Shown here: positions 42,183-53,602 of the stretch, one piece after another
Position numbering within the stretch: position 1 is the first letter of the stretch
Layout: the number at the start of each line of letters is the position of its first letter
NCBI GenBank assembly: GCA_028826165.1
Contig: JAPDFW010000089.1
Span: 240,032-304,031 of the forward strand
Reading direction: 5' to 3'
Length of the DNA: 64,000 nt
Source: Anaeramoeba ignava BMAN
Taxonomy: Eukaryota > Protista > Anaeramoebae
Notes under the pieces: model-generated
Told to the model about the DNA's origin: nothing
Databases searched by the model: none
Seen by the model: the letters and a program-made list of their open reading frames with translations, nothing else
Program-made: the position numbers and the translations under genes

Positions 42183-43490
42183 ATGTCGAAAAAGCAAAAA
42201 AAAACAACAAAAGATAAAGAAAATTCAATACTAACTCAATATCTAAACGAAGATGTTGTTAATTTCTATAAAAAAGAACTGGCACTTGAAACACCTTCAA
42301 AACCACAAGAAGATACATTAGAAAACCAAGAAGAACTTGCAGAAACAGAGAAGTATTTAGGGATATTTTTCAAGTCACCTGCCAAAGTCGAACCAGCAAT
42401 TCTATATGGACTTTTGACAGTGGCAGACATATTTTTGCATTATCTCATTGTTTTTCCAGTTCGAATTGGAGTTTCAATTTGGAAGAAAAATATCAAGTCC
42501 AAAATTAACCCCCAATTGATGTTTGATATTTTGATTGGATTGCTGATGTTTGTTGTTGTTTCTCATATAATTTTCTTGCGTTTTGAGACTGTTTTGTCAC
42601 AAATTTCCGACTCGCAAATCAAATTGATGTTTATGTACAATTCGTTGGAACTTTTGGATTCTTTGCTCATCAAATTCACTGTTGATTGTCTAAGTGTTTT
42701 AAAAAGAACCACATTTGACGTTTTTTCTGAAGACCCAAAAAAAACTGAGAAAAAATATTCCAAACTAGGAATCCACTTCGGAATGGCTTACTTTGCGTTG
42801 TTTATTCACACACTTGTTCTTTATACTTCGGTTGCTATGCTTGGTCTAGCTGTCACTTCAAGTAAATACAATATGATTCCCTTCTTGATTTCAAACAACT
42901 TTGTTGAGTTCAAAAAGGCTGTTTTGAAGAAAATCGAGGAAAACAAGCTGAGAAAGTCTTACTACCAAGATTCGTTTGAAAGATTGAAATTGCTCATTTT
43001 TGTTTTCTGTGTTTTTGTTCAAGCAAGAACATCTTCTGATTTCCAAGTTACTGATTCTCGAGTTTCTTCAGTTAAATGGTTATTTTTGGCTGAGTTTATT
43101 GTTGATTGGAGTAAATATGCTTTTGTTTTCAAGAATAATAAAATCGAGGCTTCTATTTTTACTAAATTTAGAAATGGATTATCGAAATTTGTTTTGAGAT
43201 CACAAGAAATTGATGATACAAAAATTTATCAAAATCATGTTGATTCAATTGAAAAAGAAATGAAAATCACAACTATTCCTCTTGTTTGTCTTTATCTTTC
43301 TTTTCTTTTGGAAGGTTTATTCCGTTCAGTTTCTTTTGTGGCTGTTTTTATTTTGGGAATTTTCATTTTTGTTTTTGGATGCGTTTTAACATATTCTGTT
43401 CGTATTTTACTTCTTTATTTGTCCAATAAATTCTCACAAGATCAAGAAAAAGAAGATGAAAAAGAAAATGAAAAAGAAAAAGTTGATTAA
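42183..43490 (+). CDS. TAPT1: TAPT1/Emp65 (DUF747) multi-pass ER membrane protein
   Basis: 435 aa with motifs GLLTVADIFLHYLIVFPVR, SQIKLMFMYNSLELLD, LISNNFVEFKKAVLKK, DSFER and AEFIVDWSKYAFVFKNN. Confidence 0.85.
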   Translation: MSKKQKKTTKDKENSILTQYLNEDVVNFYKKELALETPSKPQEDTLENQEELAETEKYLGIFFKSPAKVEPAILYGLLTVADIFLHYLIVFPVRIGVSIWKKNIKSKINPQLMFDILIGLLMFVVVSHIIFLRFETVLSQISDSQIKLMFMYNSLELLDSLLIKFTVDCLSVLKRTTFDVFSEDPKKTEKKYSKLGIHFGMAYFALFIHTLVLYTSVAMLGLAVTSSKYNMIPFLISNNFVEFKKAVLKKIEENKLRKSYYQDSFERLKLLIFVFCVFVQARTSSDFQVTDSRVSSVKWLFLAEFIVDWSKYAFVFKNNKIEASIFTKFRNGLSKFVLRSQEIDDTKIYQNHVDSIEKEMKITTIPLVCLYLSFLLEGLFRSVSFVAVFILGIFIFVFGCVLTYSVRILLLYLSNKFSQDQEKEDEKENEKEKVD

Positions 43491-43657
43491 TTAATTAATT
43501 AATCAATTAATCAAAATACGGAAATTGATTTAATTTTTAAGATTAAGAAGAAAGAAATTTTTTTTTTTTTCAATTAAAAAAGAAACATTTAAATCAATAA
43601 AAAAAATTCTTTTCTTTTCTTTTCTTTTCTTTTCTTTTCTTTTAATTTTTAAAATTT

Positions 43658-45447
43658 TTATTTAATTGGATCTTCAACATAAATGAATTCTTCATAATAA
43701 TCACTTGAATCACCACAACATTTTTCACAAGAATAAACATAAGCAGATCCAAAATCAATGTTAAATTTTTCTAAATCTAAATAATAAATTATTGTTGGAA
43801 GAATTTGAAGTTCAAAAATTCGTGAACTTTTACAAATTGGACATTTTGGAATTGTTTTTATAAATTTATCTTGTGTTTTAAGAGGTTTTCCACCAAATGA
43901 ATAACGTAAACATTGAGTTGGTTCTCGTGAAATTCTTTCTTCAAATTTTAAGAATGGATCTTCTTTTTCTAATTTTTCATTTTTACTTTCAGTAGATAAA
44001 TTTTCTTCAATATTTGATATTTTAATTTTTGGGATATTCTTTTTTTTTGGTTCTGGAATAATATCTAAAAAGTATGCTGGTATAATTAATTGTTTTTTAC
44101 GTCTTTTTTTCTTTTGATTTTTTTTTCTATTTTTGGATTTTTTTTGATTTTGATTTTGATTTTGATTTTGATTTTGATTTTGATTTTGATTTTGAATTTG
44201 ATTTTGATTTTGATTTTGATTTTGATTTTGATTTTGATTTTGATTTTGATTTTGATTTTGATTTTGATTTTGATTTTGATTTTGATTTTGATTTTGATTT
44301 TGATTTTGATTTTGATTTTGATTTTGATTTTGATTTTGATTTTGATTTTGATTTTGATTTTCTTTTTCTCTTTCTTTTTGAATTTGATTTTCTTTTTCTC
44401 TTTCTTTTTGAATTTGATTTTCTTTTTCTCTTTCTTTTTGAATTTGGTTTTGTTTTTCTTTTTGTGTTTTTGTATTTATATCTAAAAGTAATTTTTCAAT
44501 TTGAGAATCAATATTTGAGTTTTCTTCAATTTCTTTGTTTGTAAATTCAATATTTGAAGAAAAAAATATTTCTTTTTGATTTTCAATTTTATTTTCATTT
44601 TGATTTTGATTTTCTTTTTCAATTTGATTTTCATTTTGATTTTCAATTTTATTTTCATTTTGATTTTCAATTTGATTTTCATTTTCAAATTCATTTTCAA
44701 ATTCATTTTGATTTTCTTTTTCATTTTGATTTTGATTTTCAATTTGATTTTCATTTGATTTTCATTTTGATTTTCAATTTGATTTTCAATTTTATTTTCA
44801 TTTTGATTTTCAATTTGATTTTCATTTTGATTTTCTTTTTCATTTTGATTTTCATTTCCAAATTCTTTTTCAAATTCAATTTGATTTTCATTTCCAAATT
44901 CATTTCCAAATTCTTTTTCAAATTCAATTTGATTTTCATCATCTTCAAATTCAAATTCAATTTCTTTAGAAAAATCAATTTCTTTTTCATATTCTTTAAA
45001 ATCATCATCAATCATTTCTTTAAAATCATTAAAATTATCATTATCATTATCAGAAGATAAAGAGTCTCCTTGTTGTTTTTCTTTTTGAGCACGAAATACT
45101 TTCCAACTTTTAATATCTGAACAATGTAAACAACAAAAAACATATAAAACTCTATGATAAGCTCTTGGTAAATCTATCATTGGTGAATATGCTTGAAGAA
45201 CTAAAGAAAGTTGTTTATTACATGAAGGACACTTTAATTTTGACTGAGGAATTTGTTTTGAAATTAACAATTTCTTTTATTTTTTTTATTTTTATTTTAA
45301 TTAAAAAAATTTTTTTTTTTTTTCCATTTTATAAATAGAAAAATAACAAACAGGTTTTCCTCCAAATTTAGTTGAAAATTCATCAATAGTTGAATCTTCT
45401 TTATCATCTAATAATCCTAAAAAAACTGGTTCTTCTTTATTTTCCAT
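43658..45447 (-). CDS. PDCD2L: Programmed cell death protein 2-like (PDCD2L/TSR4-like, uS5 chaperone); 2 exons, frameshift at ~44755
   Basis: Intron 45351-45274. Product STKFGGKP...KCPSCNKQLSLVLQAYSP...RVLYVFCC...WKVFRAQ, long NQ tract, then EPTQCLRYSFGGKPL...PKCPICKSSRIFELQILPT...DFGSAYVYSC...YEEFIY. No MYND finger seen. Confidence 0.85.
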
Positions 45448-45502
45448 TTTAAAAATGAAAAAAATGAAAATGAAAAAAATGAAAAAAAAAAATTTTTTTA
45501 AT

Positions 45503-46519
45503 TTATTCAATTTTGAAATCAACTATTAAAGGTCGATGATCTGAATAAGGAAATTCCAAAAAAGTTGGAAATTTTTGATCATCTAAAGTAGTTGGAATAA
45601 GAAAAGCAGAAACAGGAGAAATAAAAGAAGTAGAAGAAGTTAAATTATCTAAATTTTTTTCTTCTTTTAAATTTTTTTTTTCTTTTAAATCTATTTGATT
45701 TGGATCATTTTTACTTGAATTTTTGTAAAAAATATAATCCACACAAATATGAGAACCTTGATGAGTTTTATGAGTTGATATTGGTTCTCTTCCATGAACT
45801 TTTAAAAAACTTGAATTCCAAGCTTCTTTTTGAGTAATAAAATTATACACTTTATCATTTTCATCATTAAAATCACCAGCAAAAATTAAAGGCAGATTAT
45901 AAGAAGCATTTGGGTCATTTTGGTCTTTTTTGTTCATGATAATCATAGATGTATTTTCTTTGATCCAATTTATACATTTCTTTATTTGTTCGAGTCGCAT
46001 TTCTCGATCTTGTTTTGAATGAGGAAATGTTAAATGAGTTGTTGAAATTATTAGTTCGTTTTTTTCGTTGTTTTTGGATTGAATGTGACATAAAGAGCAC
46101 ACTCTATCCCCTTGGTCATTGAATTCAAGATGATTTTCAAACAAGAGGTTATATTTTTTATTATTTATTGCAATTAAAATTCCATCGTTTTTTTTCCTTG
46201 TTCTTTTTTTTTTAATCAAAGAATAATTTGATCCAAATTTGTTTTGAATAATTTGAATAAACGAAGAATTCATCCAACATTCTTGCAAACAATAAACATC
46301 GCTTTCCGTCTTTTTAATCATGTTTAATTCTGATGAAACTCTTGGAACCCAATATTCTTTAAATTTACTTTCTTTTTTCACTTTGTTTTCCGATTCTAAT
46401 ATGTTATATTGTGGTGATAATATATTAAATGTACAAATTCTTATTAAATTTGTTGATAATTCTCGAAAATTTATTTTTGAACTAAATTTATTTAATTTAG
46501 AAAAATGGGGAAAATTCAT
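45503..46519 (-). CDS. Endonuclease/exonuclease/phosphatase (EEP, CCR4/nocturnin-like) hydrolase
   Basis: Motifs ICTFNIL, DVYCLQE, TTHLTFPH, FAGDFN, CVDYIF and SDHRPL are all intact. Confidence 0.85.
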   Translation of the reverse strand: MNFPHFSKLNKFSSKINFRELSTNLIRICTFNILSPQYNILESENKVKKESKFKEYWVPRVSSELNMIKKTESDVYCLQECWMNSSFIQIIQNKFGSNYSLIKKKRTRKKNDGILIAINNKKYNLLFENHLEFNDQGDRVCSLCHIQSKNNEKNELIISTTHLTFPHSKQDREMRLEQIKKCINWIKENTSMIIMNKKDQNDPNASYNLPLIFAGDFNDENDKVYNFITQKEAWNSSFLKVHGREPISTHKTHQGSHICVDYIFYKNSSKNDPNQIDLKEKKNLKEEKNLDNLTSSTSFISPVSAFLIPTTLDDQKFPTFLEFPYSDHRPLIVDFKIE

Positions 46520-46740
46520 TTCATCAAGTTAAAAAAAAAAATGAAAATAAAAAGGAGAAAATAAAAAATTTTCATTCCACTTTTTCTAAAATAATTAAAT
46601 GTCTTGTAAAAAATATTTTCCAAAACAAAAAAATAACTCAAAGAAGCTAATCAATGTCATTCCAAATTTTTTTTTTTGGATTGATTTAAAAAAGGAAAAT
46701 TTTTCTTTCATTTTATCTTTTTATTTTTATCTTTTTCTCA

Positions 46741-49700
46741 ATGACTTTTATTGAAAAAATAATTTTAGAAAGATTTAAAAGTTACAATTCAAAAACAGAA
46801 ATTACTGAATTTTCACCAAATCATAATGTCATTTGTAAATGTTATTTATTTATTTTTTTTTATTTTTTCATTTTTTCATTTTTCATTTTTCATTTTTTAT
46901 TTTAAAGTGGGTAAAAATGGATCAGGTAAATGTTTTGCAAAAGATACTCTCATTTTAATGTTTGATGGCACTCAAAAATATGTTCAAGATTTAAAAACTA
47001 ATGATGAAATTATGGGAGATGATTCAAAACCAAGAAAAATCATTTCACTATCACAAGGATTTGGATTAATGTTTCAAATAAGCGCAAAAAATGAACCTTT
47101 TCATTCAATTAAAATTAATAATGAGCATATACTTTGTTTAAAAAAATCAAAACAAATCAATTTCGGCAATTTAAATGTTTCCTATTATTTTCAAAACAAG
47201 AAAAAAAATCAAAAAGAAATGGCAAAAAATTTAATCAGAAAATTTATCAGCAAAAACAATTTTCAGTTTAATAACGAGGAGAATGAAGAAAAAATAATTG
47301 AAATTTCTGTAAAAGATTTTATCCAAAAAGATTTAAAATGGAAAAAAAAGCACTTGATGTATCGAGTTCCTGTTGATTTCAAACATCAAAATATTCCCAT
47401 TTTTCCTTATTTACTTGGTTTTTTACTTAGTTCCTTAGAATATTTTAATTTTACAAGGAAAAAAAAGATTGCTAATCAAGAAGAGTTTTACAATTATGTT
47501 TCTGATTCTCTTTCTTCAATAACTAAGAACACAAATATTTTGAATCAATTTGATCAAAATTATCAATTTATTTTTCAAAAGCTCAAAAAATTTCATCTTT
47601 TAGAAAATGTACATATTCCTTTGTGCTATAAAGCAAATGATAAAAAAACAAGACTTCAAGTTTTTTTGGGATTTTTGGATCATTGGGAATTTTTTAGAGT
47701 AGAAAAAACAACAATATTTCTCATGAAAATTTACAATAATCAGTTTGCAAACGATTTGTTATTTATTATTAAATCTCTTGGTTTGTCAGCTCATATAGAA
47801 AGAAATTCTGTATTGATCAATTTACAAAATTTGGAAGAATTAACTTATGATTTTGAAATTAAATGTATTGGAGAAGATAGTTATTATGGATTTCAAATTG
47901 ATGGGAATGGAAGATTTGTTTTACCTGATTTAACAGTTTCTCATAATTCTAATATTTTTCATGCAATAAGAATGGTTTTTGCTGGTATTTTTACTTCTCT
48001 TCCTTTGAAAGAACGTTCTGCTTTAATATATGTGAGTTATTTTCTTTTTTAAAAACAAAAAAAGAAAGAATTAATTCTATTCCACTTTTTTTTTATTATT
48101 TGATCAAAATTTAAAAGGAAGGAACAAAAGACTCATCTAAATCTAATATTGAAATTATTTTAGATAATTCAAAAAATACTTTTCCAGTAACCAGAATTTT
48201 TATAATTAATTCACTTTTTTTTTTTTTTTTTAATAATCAAAATTTATAAATTCTATATTATTTCTTCAAGATTTTAGATCATAAAGTTCATATTAAAAGA
48301 ATTTTAACAAAAACTAATGATGAATTTTTCTTAAATGAAAAGAAAATCAAGTAAAAAACACAAACAAAAAACTAAAAAAATGCAAAAATTTATTTTCATT
48401 TTTCAATATTTTTTCATTTAGAAAAAATGAACTTGCAAACTTTTTACAAAGTGCAGGATTTATTACAAGAAATCAATTCTATTTTTTAGAACAAGGACAA
48501 GTATTTAAATAATATGATTTTCTATTTTTCTTTTATTAAATTAACTTGATTTCCCACTTTTATCTTTTCTTTGTGATTATTTTGATTGAAAGGTGACAAA
48601 ATTGGCTTTAATGAAAAATTTTGAAAGATATAAATTAATTAAAGAGGTTATTGGTACTAATTTATATGAAAAAAAAAGAAAGGATTGCATGAAAGAACTA
48701 AATAAAAACAAGATTGAGATGAAAAAAATTGAAGAATTGATTCGAGTTCTTGAAGAAAGAATTAATGAATTAGATGAAGAAACAAAAGAGTTGCAAGAAT
48801 ACCAGAATGTTTTAAAAGAAAAAAGAGCATTAGAACATATTCTTCTTACTCGAAAACTCGAATTAATCAAAATTAAAATTGAACAAATTGAGAAGCAAAT
48901 TGATTTAAGCAATAAAGAATCAAATTCTGCAAATCGAGATTATGATACAGCCAAAACAGTTTTTAAACAGAAGAAGAATGAAGAAGAAAAATTGAAGAAA
49001 AAGCTTAATCAAGCAAATATCGAAATGGAAAATCTTCGCCAAGAAAAAAACCAATTAATCAAAATACGTTTACAAAAGGATCTTGAAATGAAAGAATTGA
49101 TCAAAAAAAACCAATTTATGGAAGAAGAAAAGCAAAAATATGGAAATGAAATTGAAGAGATTGAAGAAGAAATTCAACAAAATCAACTGAAATTGGCAAA
49201 AATTTCGCAAAAATTTGAGCAAAAATTTAAGAAAGAAAACGAAATTGAATCACAAATACAACTTCTTGAAATTGAAAAATCAAGTATATTGTCATCAAAA
49301 ACAAAATTTACCTCATTTAGAAATGATGATGAAAAAAAGGAATGGATTGAAAAAGAAATTGAAAAATTTATACATTTGAAAGGTAAAGAAGAAAATCTGA
49401 AAAAAAATACAAGTACAGAGATTGAAAGGATAGAAAGAGAAATGGAAGTGATGAGAGAAGAGATTAACAAAAATCAATCAAATATTTCAGAAAGAAGAGA
49501 AAGGATTGATAAATCAAGTAAAGAAATCGTTGAGTTAGAAAAAAAAAGAGACGAAATTCTTCATAGAAAAAAGTAAGGAAAAAGATGAATATAGATTAGA
49601 AATGAAATTGAATTGAATTGAATTAATTTTTTTTATCTTTGTATTATTATTATTATAATTAGAATTTTATCAAAATCAAAATTGAAAGCAGAGGAAGAAC

Positions 49701-51949
49701 TTGAAAATGTTTTAAAAGAACAATTCAAATATCAACTGAAGCTGGAAAAAAAATTAAAATGGGAGGTTTCCAAGGCATTGAAAAAAGTCAAAAAATATGC
49801 CAAAAATGAAGTTAATTCAGGAATTTTTGGACAAGTAATTGAATTATTTGATTGTGAAGACAAATATATTCCATCTATTGAAATTTTTTCAGGAGATGAA
49901 ATATTTGCAGTTGTTGTTGATAGCAAAGAAACTATTGAAAAAATTCGCAAGAAGTGCTTTTCGAAAAATAAATATGGTTCAATTATCTTTATACCTTTAA
50001 ACAGTATATCAGAAAAAAAGGCAGAGTCAACAAAAAAGGAATATTTGCAAATGTTTTCTGAGTCTAATCCAAATGTGATTCCCATGATATCTGTATTAGA
50101 TTATTCGCCGACATTCAGAAAAGTTTTTGATAAAATTTTTGGAAATGGATTTATTTGTTCTAAATTTGAAGTTGGAGTTGAATTATCAAAAAATAATTCT
50201 ATTCGATGTGCAACTTTAGATGGAGATATAATTAATGGAGCAGGTTGTATTCAAGGAGGATATTTCGATCCTCAAAAGTCATCAATCAAAATGATGAAAA
50301 AAATCAAATTTCTCAGAAATAAAGCAAAAGAATCGGCATTAAATTTAAATAAAATTTTGAAAGCAATTCGTGATGATGATGAAGAACTATCATTAATTTT
50401 AATTGAACTTGAAAAGCTTAAAATGAAATTCAAACAAAATACTGAAACTTTTGATCAAATTTTAAGAGAGCAATCTGAATTAGAAGAATCAATTAATTTG
50501 CACCAAGAAATGTTGAATAACAAAAATAGATTATTTTCTACATTTGATCCAAATATTAACAATTTAGAAGAAAAAATCAATCAACTAAAAAAAGAAATTT
50601 TAATTGAAAATTCTGATGAATTTTTGAAAGAAGAGATTGAAAGATTGGAAAAGTTGGAAGAAGAAATTAATTCCTTAAAAAAAGAATTATTAGATTATTC
50701 AACAAAAAGAGGCAAAGTAAGTTTATTTTTATTTATTTTTGGAATGAAATTTATTATTAAAACAATCACAAAAAAAAAGTTGGAAATTGAAAAGGTTGAG
50801 CTTGAGAACTTTATCAAAGAAAATTTATCAAAACAAAAAACTGTTCTTTCTTTAAGAATGAAAGATTCAAGAAATCAAAAAATAGAATATGAATTGAATT
50901 CAAACAAAGAAGAACTCTTGAGGATAAACGGAAGAATTGAAACGATTTCTTTAGAAATGAAGAGTTTAAATGAAATTATCAAATCTGTTGAAGAAGAAAT
51001 TTTCAATTTTGAAAGTGTTTTAGATGAGGAATCGAGTCAAAAACAAACAATCTCAGATCAAATGAATCAAAAGTCAAAAGAACTTGATGAATTATTGAAT
51101 AGAAAAAGGAATTTGAAATTAAGAGAGGAAAAACTTTATGGATCTATTCAAGAAATTGGATCTTTCCCTCTTGATATTCTCCAAAAGTATCAAGATGAAG
51201 AAACATCAAGAATCCAAATTTTAAGAGAAGAAAAAAACGAAGAATTAAAGAATTTTGAGCAAGTTAATAATAAAGCAAAAGACCAATTTAGTCGAGGATT
51301 TAAGGAAAAAGAGCAATTATTAGAAAAAAAAAGGTTAATTGAAGAAAATTTATTGAAAATTTATGGATATATAGAAGATTTGGATCAAACAAAGGAAAAG
51401 ATTTTCAATGAAAAATTTAATGAAATTCAAAAGAATTTTGCACAAGTTTTTAAAGAAATTATTCCCAAAGGAATTGCTGAATTAATTATTGATTATGAAA
51501 AAAATCAGAATGAAAATGAGAAGAAAAATATTTTTGGAATTAGTATTTATGCAACATTTCAAGAAGAATCACAAGAAGAAAAGAAGAATATTATTGAATT
51601 TTCAGGTGGACAAAAATCAATTATTTCTCTTTCTCTTTTATTTGCTTTTCAAAGAACAGAGCCTGCACCTTTTTATCTTTTGGATGAAATTGATTCTGCT
51701 TTAGATCCCCAATTTAGATTAGCAGTTGGAGAACTTATTTATAAAGAAAGTAGAAAATCTCAGTTTATAACAACCACATTTAGACCAGAATTTCTACAAT
51801 TTGCAGATTGTTATTTTTGGGTTAATTTCCAGAATAAAGAATCTAAAGTGAAAAAAATTGGAAAAAATGAAGCTATTGAAATTATTAGAAGTAAAGAAGA
51901 AAATGAAGAAAGACGAGAACAATCCAATTTTGATAAAAATTCAATTTAA
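46741..51949 (+). CDS. SMC3: Cohesin subunit SMC3, intein-containing precursor; about 8 exons
   Basis: Exons 46741-46834, 46908-48031, 48118-48186, 48271-48350, 48422-48500, 48593-49572, 49663-50716 and 50780-51949. Motifs FKSY...FSPNHNVI, GKNGSGK[intein]SNIFHAIR, LQSAGF...QGQ, hinge GIFGQVIEL...AVVVDS...FIPLN...TLDGD...IQGGY, FSGGQKS, PAPFYLLDEIDSALD and QFITTTFRPE (SMC3-diagnostic). Confidence 0.9.
46931..47947 (+). mobile_element. Intein (339 aa, Hint domain plus degenerate LAGLIDADG homing endonuclease) in the SMC3 Walker A motif
   Basis: In-frame insertion between K and S of GxNGSGK|S. Block A CFAKDTLILMFDGTQKYVQDL...MGDDSKPR (VMA1-like); block B NEHILCL; block F/G YYGFQIDGNGRFVLPDLTVSHN followed by Ser+1. 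HEN remnants PYLLGFLLSS, HIP..YK, RLQVFLGFLDHW and FANDLLFIIKSLG. Confidence 0.95.
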
Positions 51950-52390
51950 AAATTCAATTTAAAAATTCAATTTAAAATTTATATTAAATTTATATTAAAA
52001 TTAATATTAAAATTTATATTAAAATTCAATTTAAAATTTATATTAAAATTAATATTAAAATTAATATTAAAATTTATATTAAAATTTATATTTAAATTTA
52101 TATTAAAATTTATATTAAAATTTATATTAAAATTTATATTAAAATTTATATCAAAATTTATATCAAAATTTATATTAAAATTTATATTAAAATTTATATT
52201 AAAATTTATATTAAAATTTATATTAAAATTTATATTTAAATTTATATCAAAATTTATATCAAAATTTATATTAAAATTTATATTTAAATTTATATCTAAA
52301 ATTTATATTAAAATTTATATTAAAATTTATATCAAAATTTATATTAAAATTTATATTAAAATTTATATCAAAATTTATATTAAAATTCAA
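51950..52390. repeat. 12-bp (AAAATTTATATT)n minisatellite directly after the SMC3 stop codon
   Basis: Tandem array seen directly. Confidence 0.9.
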
Positions 52391-52508
52391 AATTGAAAAT
52401 TGAAAACATTTCTTTTAATAGAATGCAAAAAAAAAGAACAAGAACAAGAAAAAAAAAGAAAAAGATTTTTTTTTCTCTAAATTCTTTTCAAAAATTCATT
52501 TCAAAAAT

Positions 52509-52961
52509 TCATTTCAATTTTATAATAAAATTTCCATTTTGAAAACCACAATAAGTTTCATCAATAGCTTGAAGAATTCTTTCAAGATTTACTTCTACAT
52601 GATGAATTTTATCAAATAAATCTTGAGTTTTTTTCTTTTTATTTTCAGATAATTCACTCAAAAATTTAATTTTGTTTTCAATAATTTCAACAAGAGTAGA
52701 AATTTGATAAAAAGAAGCTTCTGTTTTCATTTCATTTAAAATAAATAAATTTGAAGGAAGTGGAAAATCATTTGGATTTGGATTTCGAAGAAAATTTAAT
52801 ATTTTCCGAAAATGTTTTGGATCTCTATCAATAAAAATTTCTAATTCTTCTTCTTTTTTAATCTTTGATAGTTCAATTGTAAAGAATGTTGATGGAACTA
52901 ATGATAATGTTGAGAATGTTGTTTCAAAAATTTTTCCACCAATATTTAACCGGATTTTCAT
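52509..52961 (-). CDS. KCTD-type BTB/POZ (T1) domain protein, ~150 aa
   Basis: MKIRLNIGGKIFETTFSTL...IFIDRDPKHFRKILNFLR...EASFYQISTL. Confidence 0.85.
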   Translation of the reverse strand: MKIRLNIGGKIFETTFSTLSLVPSTFFTIELSKIKKEEELEIFIDRDPKHFRKILNFLRNPNPNDFPLPSNLFILNEMKTEASFYQISTLVEIIENKIKFLSELSENKKKKTQDLFDKIHHVEVNLERILQAIDETYCGFQNGNFIIKLK

Positions 52962-53178
52962 AATAAAATATTCTTTTTTTTTTGTATTTTTGTAAAAAAA
53001 AAAGGAAAAAAGGAAAAAGGAAAAAAGAAAAAAGATACAAAGAAATAAAGAAATGAAGAAACGAAGAAAAAAAATGAAATTTTTCAAAACAAAACAAAAA
53101 TTTTTTTTTTATAATGATTATAAAAAAGAGAAAAAATAAAAAATAAAAATTTAAAATAAAAAATTTTCCAATTTATTT

Positions 53179-53487
53179 TTAATAAGTTGAATCAATAAAT
53201 TTATCAAAGAAATTTGAACTTTTAAAACCAGAAATTAAAGGAATATCAAGAACAGAATCAAAAAGATAAATAATTAATAATAAAATGAAAATAATCCAAG
53301 TAAAAACTGAAAGTAAAAGAGCACAACGATATCTTTTAATTTGATTTTTTTTAATTTTTAATTGAATTTTTAAAGAAAGAATTTCTTGTTGATTTTCATT
53401 TAAAATTGTATTTAATTTTAAATTTGATTCTTTTAAATTTGATTCTTTTAAATTTGATTCTTTTAAATTTGATTCTTTTAAATTCAT
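53179..53487 (-). CDS. Small hypothetical protein with NLKES repeats, coiled coil and one C-terminal TM helix
   Basis: 102-aa ORF from ATG 53487, preceded by TTTTCATTTT motifs like other genes here. Hydrophobic helix ALLLSVFTWIIFILLLIIYLF. Confidence 0.5.
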   Translation of the reverse strand: MNLKESNLKESNLKESNLKESNLKLNTILNENQQEILSLKIQLKIKKNQIKRYRCALLLSVFTWIIFILLLIIYLFDSVLDIPLISGFKSSNFFDKFIDSTY

Positions 53488-53602
53488 TTCAAAAAAAAAG
53501 AAAATGAAAAAAATGAAAAACATTTTTTGAAAAATTTAAAATTTAAAATAAAAAGAAAAAAAGAATTTAATTTTCAAATCATTTTTAATTTGAATCAATA
53601 TT

